Part shown: positions 12,259-23,734 of the stretch, piece after piece | Layout of the letters: the number at the start of each line of letters is the position of its first letter | Position numbering within the stretch: the first letter of the stretch is position 1 | DNA from: Wallemia ichthyophaga EXF-994 | Taxonomy: Eukaryota > Fungi > Basidiomycota | Length of the DNA stretch: 62,000 nucleotides | Assembly (NCBI RefSeq): GCF_000400465.1 | Contig: NW_008806283.1 | Span: 144,001 to 206,000, forward strand | Reading direction: 5' to 3' | The notes under the pieces: generated by a model | Told to the model about the DNA's origin: nothing | The model's input: the letters and a program-made list of their open reading frames with translations, nothing else | Databases searched by the model: none | Position numbers and translations under genes: made by a program

Positions 12259-13179
12259 ATGTTCAAGAAGCTACTCCTGTTCTCTGCTGCTTTGACAAGC
12301 ACAATCGTCAATGCAACCACCTATGCAACCTTCTACTCAGACCCCTCATGTACCGAGAATGCCTCTGTAGACTTTAGCGTAAACAACCCGGGCTGTTTCA
12401 GCGCTGGCAGCAACGAATACGTCAAGTATCACGGCACCAACGTCCAATGCTTCTCGCTTGTCAAATCACCAGACGCAAGCTCTCCATGCCAATTCGATTG
12501 TATAACAGGATTGTCCAACTCTAATGCTCCAGTTCCAGACTGCGCTGGTCTCATTATTCCTGAGGGCAATTGCTACTACGTTGGACAACATGAGTCACTC
12601 CGTTTCATTGGAGGCAAATGCCCATCGAACGATTGCCCAGACAGATCAAGCAGATCAATTCCAACACTCGAAGACTACGAGGATGAACATTATCAGGAGG
12701 ATAAATACTATGATGATTCCAACTCAGAGCAAGAGCAAGAACAAGAGCAAGTATCGGAGCAAGTCAGCGAAGATGGCGATATACTGGAACAAACTGTTGA
12801 CAACGTCGCCGATGGTCTCACTGATGCTGTTGACAGCCCCACTTCACCTGCACTCGACAGACGAGACTATGGTGTACCAGGCGTCGGATACTACCGCATG
12901 TGTAAAGACAAGTATTGCACCTTGGACTGCTCAATCAACTTCAGAACTACCGACCCAGGCTGTATCAACGGTGGTGACTTCAAATCTCTGCAACTACCTG
13001 GTGGTCTTGGCAGCACAAGCACTTTGCAGCTAGTTGGTACCCCTCACCCAGGCTGCGTATGTCAAGATGCTTGTTGGAATGTGCAGGGCCCTTCATGTAT
13101 GGAGTTGCCTGATGACATGAAAAACAAAGGTTCATACCGTATGATCCAGCAAGGCTCATGTGACAGCAACAACTGCTAA
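12259..13179 (+). CDS. Secreted, intronless Cys-rich protein with two homologous domains separated by an acidic spacer
   Basis: Signal peptide MFKKLLLFSAALTSTIVNA, then a 9-Cys domain, RSSR, an acidic linker, DRR and a 10-Cys domain. A TATA-like TATTTAAA lies near 12195. Confidence 0.8.
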   Translation: MFKKLLLFSAALTSTIVNATTYATFYSDPSCTENASVDFSVNNPGCFSAGSNEYVKYHGTNVQCFSLVKSPDASSPCQFDCITGLSNSNAPVPDCAGLIIPEGNCYYVGQHESLRFIGGKCPSNDCPDRSSRSIPTLEDYEDEHYQEDKYYDDSNSEQEQEQEQVSEQVSEDGDILEQTVDNVADGLTDAVDSPTSPALDRRDYGVPGVGYYRMCKDKYCTLDCSINFRTTDPGCINGGDFKSLQLPGGLGSTSTLQLVGTPHPGCVCQDACWNVQGPSCMELPDDMKNKGSYRMIQQGSCDSNNC

Positions 13180-13526
13180 GCTTTTTATAAAGTAGCGTGC
13201 TTTTTGGGATAAATTCGCGCTGTCAGTGTTGTAATATCGATCTATGTGATTCAACATCCAGGTGCATATGAGTGCAAAAAAATTATGACCATAAAAGTGT
13301 AAGAGCTGTGTAGCTCTACCATAACGTCACTGTACTGAGATACGTCAGCGAGAAGAAAGAGATAAGATGGGAAGTTATGGTATTGAACAAGAAGGCCTTT
13401 GAGACAAAGCAATGATGCTAACATTATCTGTTTTCTGAAATGGTAGTTCCGCTAGCTAAAAATTCGAATTGTTTAAAATTGAAACGACTTAATACTTATC
13501 GAATTACGATGAATGACCAAAAAGGA

Positions 13527-13607
13527 TGCATTAACCCGGAATTGAACCGGGGGCCGATCGAGCTTGATGAGTGGCAACGATCGAGGTTACCACTACCCCA
13601 TTAATGC
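13527..13607 (-). tRNA. tRNA-Gly(GCC) with 10-nt intron
   Basis: Reverse complement is GCATTAATGGGGTAGTGGTAACCTCGATCGTTGCCA[ctcatcaagc]TCGATCGGCCCCCGGTTCAATTCCGGGTTAATGCA. It has acceptor stem GCATTAA/TTAATGC, anticodon stem GATCG/CGATC, T-loop GGTTCAA and a downstream T-run Pol III terminator. Confidence 0.95.
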
Positions 13608-15159
13608 CTATGCGGATAGAGTTTTTCTTATAATATCAAATTGCGGTCGGGACGCAGAGAACAATGAGAAGACCCCAAATTTAAATTATTTAAACAATTT
13701 TTTTTTACTCTTATACAATTTAGACTTAATTCTCTTATTAATCACAGCGCCTTGCCCTTTGTGCAAAGTTTCCACCTCACAAAGATCAAGACGTTTACAG
13801 CTTGATAGAGGGTGTTATTTTACTGTAATACATCTATTATAAACAAAACAATGCTCTTCAATCGAGATTGTCGCAGCATGACGAATCCTTTCAAATTAAA
13901 AGAAAAATTGTATAAACCATATTTTTATACACCTTGACAGCAAATTCTTAAGATCTTTCATCCAAAACACTCAGTTATAAATAGAACTAATTAATACTTT
14001 TCTTTTTCTAATTCTGATTACACGCTAACATTAGGATTTTTCTTGTCGATGCTGTGATTAACACTAATATGAAAGTTTTAAAAACTTAGAATTGTGTTTG
14101 AATAAAGCTGTGCTAATTATTTACGCCGCCTGTTGGGATCTGGCTTTACTGTGCATCGCAATCTGGTATTGGGGGAGTTGATCTGATAAATGCTGACATG
14201 ATAGACCAGTATAGCCATAAAATATATCTAAGAACCTCTCTAATAACGGCATCCGATATAGCTTTTACCGCTCAGCGTCCTAAAATGACTCAGTGGTTCT
14301 GACACGTCGAAGGAGTTGCCGTACAAGTCGTTGTAATTCCTGAAAGTTTGAACAGTGAAATGTATCGAGAACTAATATTCCAATGAGAGTTCCAGTATTG
14401 CCTTCCCTTCATTATTTAGTTTTCTCGAATTTTTCTGAGCTGATGCCAAACCCCCGATTTCAGAGTGTGGCTGTCCCCCACTTTTCTAAGTTTAAAACCC
14501 TTCATCAAAGTGTGAAATGAGGCAAAATAGCAAAATTCTTTCCTTGGTGCCAGTTTTGAGTCCTGTAAACGCCACACAAATTTTAACTTTTTCCGAGTTT
14601 GTAGAGCTGAATAACAGAGATTTTTATGTACTTGCGGTATCCACAGGTAAAAATATTAATTTCCATTGATTAAGAGCGTAACATCCTCCAAATATATCCT
14701 ATAGCGTGCTCCAGAGCGATTTCGAGTCACCGCTTCCGATCAGCTTGCAGGACGCAACTTCGAGCACCAGGGATCTAAATATCGCATAATCGTATTATTT
14801 TAAGTCAGAGCTATCAATAAAGCCTTTTTACTTAGAAATCTCAAAAGTCGTAAATCATTTTCTGAGATGATGGGTGGCAGTCGAGAAATCGAAGTTGGTT
14901 GATATTGAATAGAGGGTTGATATTGGGATGTATTTGAAATGCTCTAGTTTATGTCATTTCAAAATTGTTCAAATTATCGGGATATGGAATCCCTAAGTTT
15001 GTAGTCTCACTGACTTGGTTATTTGCAGGGCGCCTTTGATCTAATTAATAAAAATTCATTGACTCATGTAAAAAGCTAGCTTGAATAGTAGATGATTACT
15101 CAATGTCCCTTACTCTCCCGAAACGGTTCGTAAGTTTCTGTGTTTTACACACCGGCATG

Positions 15160-15593
15160 AAACAGACTATCAGGCTTTAGAACATAAAAGATTAATCAAA
15201 TAAATCATTAAAAATACAATCATAATGGCCTCAGAAAACACTCCAAGTCCCTCACGACAAACCACGTCAAGACATTGAAATCAACGTCGACAATTAGTTC
15301 GCGTGCACGTCATCGAGAGGCTGGCAGCGTGCTACCACCTCAGAGTTCTCGGTGAATAAGGGAAGGAGGTCACTAGTCATCGTCGAGCCAATGATAAAGT
15401 GGCAGAATTAAATCTGCGATAGACTGGATACGACCTATAGAATATGATCCTTTGGAGTACCTGACGTGCTGTGTGAGCATTGCTTCTAATCCACTTTAGT
15501 TGTTCACTAACCGTCTTAAAGTTTTAGGAAGAGAAGAATTACCTCTTTATACCAATCCCGTTAACGTAGATTAACGAAGTTTAACGAGGTGAT
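15160..15593 (+). repeat. 434-bp non-coding repeat, copy A (inverted partner at 28786-29223)
   Basis: By direct comparison it is the reverse complement of 28786-29223, apart from two transitions I spotted and two small indels near one end. Confidence 0.95.
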
Positions 15594-15667
15594 TATATGC
15601 ATGGAATGTTTAAAATACAAGGATATTTATAAATGGTACACTACTGATTACACTCCTATCAATTATT

Positions 15668-17707
15668 CTATGCGGCAACAACTTGGCCGCCTTCAACAAT
15701 ACCGACTACTTCGGCACCCTCCTCGTTTTCAGGATCACGTCCACCTGGTCCTCTAGATTGCTTGCGTTTGCTAGAAGCACTTCCGACAGATACTCTGCGG
15801 CCGCGACCGTGATGCTCCTCTTCGTCTGGATTCACGACCTCCTCCGCTCCATCAGCGTCCTCCTCCTTCTTCTGAACATCTTCACCTTGAGGCAAGGGTG
15901 TCGGAAGGCGTACTTCTGGCGGAGGACCACTGAGGTCTACGCCTATGAACTTGCCATACTCAATGAGGTCAAACGGTTTTCTATTCTTGAGTGCTTGTGT
16001 GATGAGATCACTATTGTACTTCTCTTCTCTGCTAAACTTTGCTTTAATAACTCTGCGTGTACGACCTTTGAACAACATTGCTATCATTTCAAAGTCAGTG
16101 CCAAATCTACTAAGAGCCTTAGAGCAACGTGAGCGTGAGTGCTGGGTAAAGTCACATACTCACATCGTAGAACATTTCAGTCTCAAGTCTTGTCCATCTG
16201 TCTTGACGACCTCTTCCATTGCCTCTCCACGTATTGGTATTCACAAATCTATCCGTATCGAGTTCCTCGGTAACTTCATACGCCGAAGTGTCGTTACGAG
16301 AATGCGCAGAACGGTCGACAAGCAAAGACTGCTCATCTATAACAAGCTTTCCGTTGACCAATCTCATCTGCGGACCTTGCTGGTCATTTGTCTCGTCATC
16401 TTCATCGTCATCGGAAGAAGACTCATTGTTATCATCGCCATCAACTACTTCCTCCACACCCTCTTCAGCTTTCCTCTGATCTTTAATACGCTTCTTTTCG
16501 GCCTTCTTATCTTCCTTTTTCTTTCGTGTTGTTTCATCTCTCTCCTTCCTCTGCTTCTCTTCATCTTCGACGGTTCGCCTGCGACCTGTACCATCATCAC
16601 CAGCATCTTGTTTCAAATCTTCTTCATTCAATTCTCTCAATCTAACTTTCTCCTCTTTCCGCCTTTTTTTCATTTGTGCGTGTTTCTTTGTGACGTCAAC
16701 AACTCTACTACTCAGTCTGCCCACGCCGGGATCGTGAATGAGATCGGACATTTTGTAAGTACTTGTGTCTATTGGCTGAGCTTCCGGATCATCACGCCAA
16801 ATCTCCTCGATTGGTCTCTTTTTCATTCTCATCTTCTGTGTGCGTAACTGCCTAGCTGATAGCTTTGCATTATTTGCTTTTATCTCGGCTTCTTCAAGTT
16901 GATCGTCCTCCTCGCCATCATTCTTTCTCGTATTAGCGCGAGTTTGATTTTCTTTTTCTATTAAGTTGGTTTCTTGTTGCGATGAAGTGCCTACTTCTAT
17001 TCCTTGAGCTGGAGTTCCTCTGGTTGCTTGAGATGCTCTCGTCTGTAACGGATTTTGAGCAGCTCTGGTGTTAAGGGGAGCGGCTGATGATGTAGGAGTA
17101 ACAACAGCTCGCGTCTGAAGCGGCGTCTGTGATGCTCTTGTATTTAGAGGTTGCTGCGATTTTTCTTCCTGCTGTTGGTGATTGAAACGTTGATTGAAGG
17201 ATAAGGTGGAAGAAGCTCTTGATGGCAAGATTGGAGTTGGACCTTGCTTTTGCTGTGATGGTTGGGGTTGCTGGGATGATTGAGGGAGTTGAGGCTGTTG
17301 GATTGGTGCTGGTGTAGGTAAACCAGTAGCCTGCTCAGACTGCTGAGACCGCTGAGATTGCTGGGATTGCTGAGGTTGTTGGATTTGCTGTGTGGGAGCA
17401 GGTGTAGCAATTCCAGTGTTAATTTCCTGGCTTTCCCCAATCTGCTCAATCGCCGGAGTTGGCTGAGATAATTCGATATTCTCATTGGAACCTTGTTGGT
17501 GAATAGACTGAGGAGCGTCTTGCGTGGCTGGTGGAGTTGGAAGTGGGTGATCAGCATCTGTCTCTGTCTCTTTCTGCTTGGGCTTTCCAGGTGGTTTCCT
17601 AGCCTTGTTGTTCAATTTTGGTGGTATTTTAAGGCCACCCTTCTCTATAAAGCCAGATTAAACAGCTAATCAAATAACAAAACACACTCACTGATTCTAC
17701 CGCTCAT
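15668..17707 (-). CDS. BDP1: TFIIIB subunit B'' (Bdp1)
   Basis: Contains QGPQMRLVNGKLVIDEQSLLVDR, the SANT-like DRWTRLETEMFYD and IKAKFSREEKYN. A micro-exon with ATG at 17707 is followed by a GTGAGT...ATAG intron, and there is a further intron near 16090-16150. Confidence 0.85.
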
Positions 17708-17763
17708 TTAACTTGATAATTTGAAACCAAGATCGTCATCTTCACTTACTATCAACTCTAATT

Positions 17764-19408
17764 ATGATGAAAATTGTCAAATCGGCTAGTCGGGGGAATT
17801 TACAGCTTGGGTTAAGATTCATGAGCTCATCAATCCCCCACCAACGCCCAGATGCTCCTTCTTTCCCTTGCGTGGATGCGAATGAATCAAGAGCAGCAAA
17901 GCTGGCGACACAGGCGAATAAGCTTACATTCATCAAACAAAACAATCAAAATCAGGTTAAAATTGAAGACGTTGAGGGTGAGGGCCCAGAGCCCGTATAT
18001 GCAACTCCCACTCCAGCAACTTATCAGTCTTTCACTTCACACTATCCTTTACTCTTGGATTATGGCGGTGTACTCCCTAATTTCGATATCGCTTACGAAA
18101 CTTGGGGTTCTCTCAATCAAGACAAATCAAACGCTATTCTCCTACACACGGGTTTGAGTGCGTCATCACACGCCAAGTCTCATCCAGGCAATGATACTCC
18201 TGGCTGGTGGGAAAGATTCATCGGTCCTGGCTCAGATTATGCCATTGATACTGAAAAATTCTTTGTTATCTGTACCAACGTCCTCGGTGGTTGTTATGGT
18301 TCCACTGGTCCTTCTTCTCCCCACCCAGAAGATAGTAAACCTTATGGTACAAGATTCCCTATAATTACTCAATTTGATATGGTCAGGGCTCAGTGGAGAT
18401 TGATCGATAGCCTCGGTATTCACAAACTTTACGCTTCAGCCGGTTGTTCTATGGGTGGTATGCAGTCTATCGCTGCTGCACATCTTGAACCTGAACGTGT
18501 TCGCTCGATTATATCTATCTCCGGCACTGCTCGATCAGGTTCAACCGCTGTAGCCATGAGATTCGCTCAGAGAAGTTGTTTAATGTCTGATCCAAATTGG
18601 AATAGAGGTTTTTATTACGATGGTATGCCTCCACACACAGGCATGAAGATGGCTAGACAAATCGCCACTATCACTTACAGATCTGGACCTGAGTGGGAAC
18701 AAAGATTCAGCAGAAAGAGGAGAGTCACTCCCTTGTCAGATGATGAGATGGCTACGAATGTAAACAATCCAGGAGATGCACCTAAACTGTGCCCAGATTT
18801 TCTTATCGAAACATACCTTGATCATCAAGTTAGTCGGACTTTATCTATTGTGGAGTATGTCTGACACGTCTACAGGGAGAACAATTCTGTTTGAAATACG
18901 ATGCCAACTCATTGATATACGTTTCCAAAGCAATGGATTTGTTCGATATGACCAAACCAGCCCTGATGGACATCGATCAACACCGCAAGAGAAATGAGAA
19001 CAAGGTTAATAAGGAACTGCTTGGATCAAAAACATCGCACTCAATGGAACCGCCCTCACTTGATAGTGTGCAGGTCAACAATCGCAAACCATACATTTCA
19101 ACAGCCCCAGCAGTGCCATACGCTCAAGAGTTGACTGAGGGTTTAACAAGACTATCAAAGATACCAGTATTGATTATAGGGGTGCACAGTGATATACTAT
19201 TCCCATTTGATCAGCAAAGAGAGTTGGCTGATAGCTTGAGAAAGGGAGGTGATCCTGAGCGCGTGAAATTCTTCGCACTAGATGGACCGTGGGGACACGA
19301 TACTTTCTTGTGAGGTTGAAACAGTCTTAAGAATTTCAATACTAACAATAAACAAACAGGATTGATACATCCAATGTTGGTGGTGCAATTAGAGGATTCT
19401 TGATTTGA
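17764..19408 (+). CDS. CYS2: MetX-family alpha/beta-hydrolase acyltransferase, Cys2-type (serine O-succinyl/acetyltransferase), probably mitochondrial
   Basis: Contains [26 protein letters not shown], nucleophile elbow [26 protein letters not shown] and WGHDTFL. Two short introns; stop TGA at 19406-19408. Confidence 0.8.
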
Positions 19409-19440
19409 GGATATCGTATTTTGTTGTAATTCTTTTGTGA

Positions 19441-19953
19441 TCAAAGGCCAGAGTTTGCAAATAGTGATGACAGCTCATCAATCTCACTCGACAGCTGTTT
19501 GATGGTGCTATCTTGCGGCCATTTAGCAACTAAATCATTTACATAGAGTTGTTCCATGTTGTATTCATCAATTAAGTCGCGTTTCTGAGTCAAATTAGCG
19601 CTGGATTTTAGTGGCTCACTCGCGCTTACCTCTAAATGTGTCTCCTGGTACCTACCAAACTCTTGAGACAATTTGTCGAGATGAGGACCAGCGTCTAATA
19701 CGAAGAACAAGTCCATCATTTTTTGAATAAGGTTGTCATTCTGTACGAGAACATCTTGTATACGCGGAATTGTATTATCTATTTCCGTTTTTAGTTGCAT
19801 TGCTGCTGACCCAAACTGAGTCTCCTCAAACGAGCCTGCATAGTCCTGCAAAGATCCAATCTGATCGATAAGGTTTTTGATGGCGGTAATTTGCACGCTA
19901 ACATTCTCGTCGTTTCTGTCTATTTGTTTGACTATGTTATGTAATTTGTCCAT
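19441..19953 (-). CDS. Hypothetical 170-aa helical protein
   Basis: ATG-initiated 170-codon ORF with natural composition that fills the gap between two genes. No recognisable motif. Confidence 0.55.
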   Translation of the reverse strand: MDKLHNIVKQIDRNDENVSVQITAIKNLIDQIGSLQDYAGSFEETQFGSAAMQLKTEIDNTIPRIQDVLVQNDNLIQKMMDLFFVLDAGPHLDKLSQEFGRYQETHLEVSASEPLKSSANLTQKRDLIDEYNMEQLYVNDLVAKWPQDSTIKQLSSEIDELSSLFANSGL

Positions 19954-20413
19954 TGGCAGTGATTGTTGTTGTTTAAAAGGGTTTATTACGGGAATGATTT
20001 GTAGCTTGTAGCCTGAAATTCAAATGAGCCATTCCTAGCTGTGCTTCCAGTGCTATCGACGTGATTAAAGTTTGGCGGTTCATAAGATTCAGCGGTACAT
20101 GTGTTGGTGGATATATCGGAATATTCCATAAAATTACTTTAGGTCCTTTTTGGCGCACAACTTGTTTTGGTCTGTGCGCTTGGTGCCACTCACAAATATC
20201 CCCTTAAAGAGAAGCTCAGCCGAGCAGCACAACCGCCGCTTAAATGCACTAGTCTGCTAATGTCCTTTGTAGGTATCTCTGATAGACCCTAACCGCTCCC
20301 ATAAACTTGTATTAACCCTAACCCAAAATGGAAATTCAATGAAATCACTCTTGATTCGTATCGGCCAACTCGTTCTAGCGGCGATCCAGATCAAGGGCAG
20401 TGTATTTTCAAGT

Positions 20414-23132
20414 ATGACAGACCTTAAGCTTATCCTACAAGTCTATTTTATCGGCGGTATTACTTTCATTCCGCTATTGTTGGTGCTATCCATTTCGGCG
20501 TTCATCATACTTGCCCCGAGAGCGAGTAAAGACCAAGCCAAGGAAAAGCCTAAAGTTTTAAAGCAGCCACTACAAGATTCTAAAGTCACCAAGTCTGGCT
20601 GGTTGCATTTAAAGCGTGACTTTGAACTAGATCCGACACTATCTGTAGACGAATCCTATGCCTCAATGATTATTGCGGGGTACAAATCTCTAGTAGAGAA
20701 CAAAGATGTACAGCACCGCCCTAAACCAAAAGCAAGATACATCTTCTGGGCAGTTCTCAAATCTCGCACTTTATACATATATACCGATGACAGTTGTGAT
20801 GAGATTGTCGTCGCACTAAATTTGGATTCCATCGATGTCAGCATTTATCCACCTGGATTGCTTGATGCGGAGTTGTTCACTAAGCGCACTGCCATCAAGC
20901 TACAAATAGATTCTAGTCACGGCGTTTCGAATGACTATATGGACAAGGAGAATAATAAGGATAAGGACAAGGATAGCAGTAATAGTGAGATTGATGATAC
21001 TTTGGACGTCACAAACAAATCCAAGCCTTACTTCATCCATGCCTTGAATCTCGTTGATTTCGAAGGTAAGTTTAGTATCAATGTCTATGAAGTCATCGTC
21101 TAACAAAATGTTTCAGACTGGTACCATGAGTTTATACAGGCTTCAGATCCAGCGAGCAATCCATACTCGGAACCGTACCCCTCATTTATCATCGACGATA
21201 TGAAAAGATTGGTTAGTAATATCGATAACGATCCAGATCCAATTCCCACCCGTTGGTTGAACGCCTTATTGGGCAGATATTTCTTTGGTATTTATCGTAC
21301 GCAATGGATAGAGGATTGGATTATCGGTCGTATCATGAAAAAGCTGAAGGTGGTCAAAAGACCAAAGTTTTTGTCAAATATTACGGTCACCGAAGCTAAT
21401 TTGGGTGATATGCCACCGAAATTCTCCAAACCGGTACTGAAGGAGTTGACTAAAGAGGGCGATGCTTCAGTTGAAGTACATGTGTCATTCAAAGGCTGTG
21501 TTAAGATTACACTGACCGCTACAGCTTCAATCAACTTAGGTAATAGGCTAAAGTCATACTCTGTCGATCTGGTTCTAGCTGTGGTATTAAGAAGTTTGGA
21601 AGGAAACATGATTATAAAGATGAAGAAGCCTCCATCGAATAGAATTTGGTATGGCTTTACGACTATGCCAGAAATGGAATTAGATGTCGAACCTGTCGTT
21701 GAAGATAGAAAGGTCAAATGGAATATGGTGCTATCTACAATAAAGGACAAATTAAGAGAGATGGTCAGTAAGATGAATAGTACTACTTTCAATCAGCTGA
21801 CACAACATTTAGATACAAGAAGGTTTGGTGATGCCAGCAATGGATGATATCGCATTTTTCGATACAAGCAATGAGATACACAGGGGTGGTATCTTCTCTG
21901 AAGCGACTAGAAGAGAAGGCACGAAATTTCCGCAAAATCGACCAGAATCAATCAAGCAACGTGATCAAGAAATACTGGAACACAGTGATAAGAAAGAATC
22001 AATTGCACCTACATCACTTGATGGAACAGATTTGCCTTCAGGACTGCCCGGTATAGACTTGACGACGTATGAAAAAGATGAGAGCGACGCTAATAATAGA
22101 GATGGGAACGTACTTGATTCGCAAACATCTTTAGCACCAGCACCAGCATCAGCGTTGGCGTCGTCATCGGCTTCTGTTGGGAGCACATCATCCAAGACCA
22201 AGTCATGGTTCAGTGAGAAGTTTAATAAAGATAGCTGGCTAGAGCATTTGAAGAGCCACAATACAAATCATCAAAACTCTTCGCTAGCTGACGGATCTGC
22301 TTCATTGGTCGGTAAGCATTTGAAGAAGAAAGAGAGTGGTGATGTCAGTGTTACCCACAGTGAAGCAGCTGTGTCTCCAATGAAAAGCGAAGAGGATGAG
22401 GAGACTGGCGAAAAGCTTTCGGTGAAAAGCGACAATAACGCAGCTATACCAATATCATCTTCATCTTCAAGTTCAATTTCAGTGTCATCAAAGGGGAGTA
22501 CGTATACAAACACACCATCATCTGCAATAGAAGCGCTGAAATCATCACCTAAACTGAATCACGCTAAAGATGCATTGAAGAAAATAAGTAAGAAAAAAAA
22601 GAGTCATGGTAGTGAAGGGTCGTTGAAGAAGAAGGCGAAGGATCAGAAGGCAAAGGGAAAAGATAATGAGGTACCTTTAATGAAACCAGCGGAGAAATTG
22701 AATGAAAGAATGCATATATCACGCAGTCAACCAACAGTTGAGTTGAATCTGTCTAATGAAACGAATGATAATGAAATTAATGAGAGTAGAAGAAGATCAT
22801 CAGTAACGACACCACCGAAAGCTTCACCAATGATGTCAATACCTGGTATACCAAGTGAACGGAAAGGACAGAGTAGCTCATCGCGTTCGATAGATTCACC
22901 ATCGGGATCGCTTGATAAAGTAGTTTCAGAGTCGAATGATCGTAGACAAGGGACTCACAGAATGACATCAAGCATTAGTAGTAATAATTCAACGTATGAG
23001 AATGCAACTGCTAGTATGTCTAGTTCACCTAACAGCAACAGGAGCAGTAGATCAGAGCAGTTGTTGAGTAGAATAAAATCAAAAGATAAAGCTAGCAGGA
23101 GTAATGATGATGTTAACAAAGAGGATTATTAG
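20414..23132 (+). CDS. NVJ2: ER membrane-contact-site protein with TM, PH-like and SMP domains (Nvj2/TEX2 family)
   Basis: N-terminal TM YFIGGITFIPLLLV, PH-like FWAVLKSRTLYIY, SMP PTRWLNALLGRYF...KKPPSNRIWYGFTTMPEMELDVEPVV, and a Ser-rich tail. Introns near 21067-21116 and 21765-21810. Confidence 0.85.
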
Positions 23133-23155
23133 TTGTACAAGTAATGAAACAAAGA

Positions 23156-23710
23156 TTAAGTATGTTTCTTGGATTTCTTCGACTTCGGTGGTTGAGATGT
23201 ATTTAATGAAGTTGAGGAATTTGATGAAGGAGGTTTTTCTTGATGAGAATCTGAAGAGCGTTTCTTGCTCTTTTTGTCTGATCTGAATTTTCTGTCATTA
23301 GAAGTCTTCTTTTCGGAATGATCGTTATCGAATCTTAAATGCTGAGATTGTTGGGGTTGCTCAGTGGACTTCTGTTGAAGCTGTAAAGCAGCTTTAATGA
23401 ATCTATCAGCAGCAGGCTTATCAACATTCAACTTGTGTTGAGGTTCCTGTGCGTGCTTAATCTTTGAGAATTGCAATTTAATTCTATTAAGTTCATTTGC
23501 GATAGAATGATCTGTTGTATCCACGCCTTTCAGATTTAGTAAAATATAAACAAGATCCTGTATAAAATATGCCAAATTAGCCTGTAATTCTGATTGTTTG
23601 ATAGTATCTAATTCTCCCAGGTATTCATCTAAGCTCTTGTCGCCTGTAATTGATTTCAAAATTTTATTAAATTCATTTAATTTTAAGGTGAACTCATTAT
23701 ACAGGTCCAT
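23156..23710 (-). CDS. LRP1: C1D/Lrp1/Rrp47 exosome cofactor (Sas10/Utp3/C1D family)
   Basis: Contains LQANLAYFIQDLVYILLNLKGVDTTDHSIANELNRIKLQFSKIK and VDKPAADRFIKAAL, with a basic C-terminal tail. Confidence 0.8.
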   Translation of the reverse strand: MDLYNEFTLKLNEFNKILKSITGDKSLDEYLGELDTIKQSELQANLAYFIQDLVYILLNLKGVDTTDHSIANELNRIKLQFSKIKHAQEPQHKLNVDKPAADRFIKAALQLQQKSTEQPQQSQHLRFDNDHSEKKTSNDRKFRSDKKSKKRSSDSHQEKPPSSNSSTSLNTSQPPKSKKSKKHT

Positions 23711-23734
23711 ATTGGATCAACGACGACGTTATCT

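Noticed and set aside
13563-13572. Intron in tRNA-Gly(GCC)
   Set aside because: It is at the canonical 37/38 position, and tRNA introns are common in basidiomycetes.
13564-13842. 92-aa ORF overlapping the tRNA
   Set aside because: It is antisense to tRNA-Gly with no protein features, so probably a chance ORF.
15160-15593. Interpretation of the 434-bp repeat as a solo LTR, MITE, CRISPR array or known snRNA/rRNA
   Set aside because: I saw no TG...CA ends, TSD, convincing TIRs, spacer-repeat periodicity or recognisable RNA-gene motif. It is left as an unclassified repeat.
15945-16847. 300-aa hydrophobic plus-strand ORF
   Set aside because: It is the antisense shadow of the Lys/Glu/Asp-rich BDP1 coding sequence. 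The same applies to most overlapping ORFs in the track.
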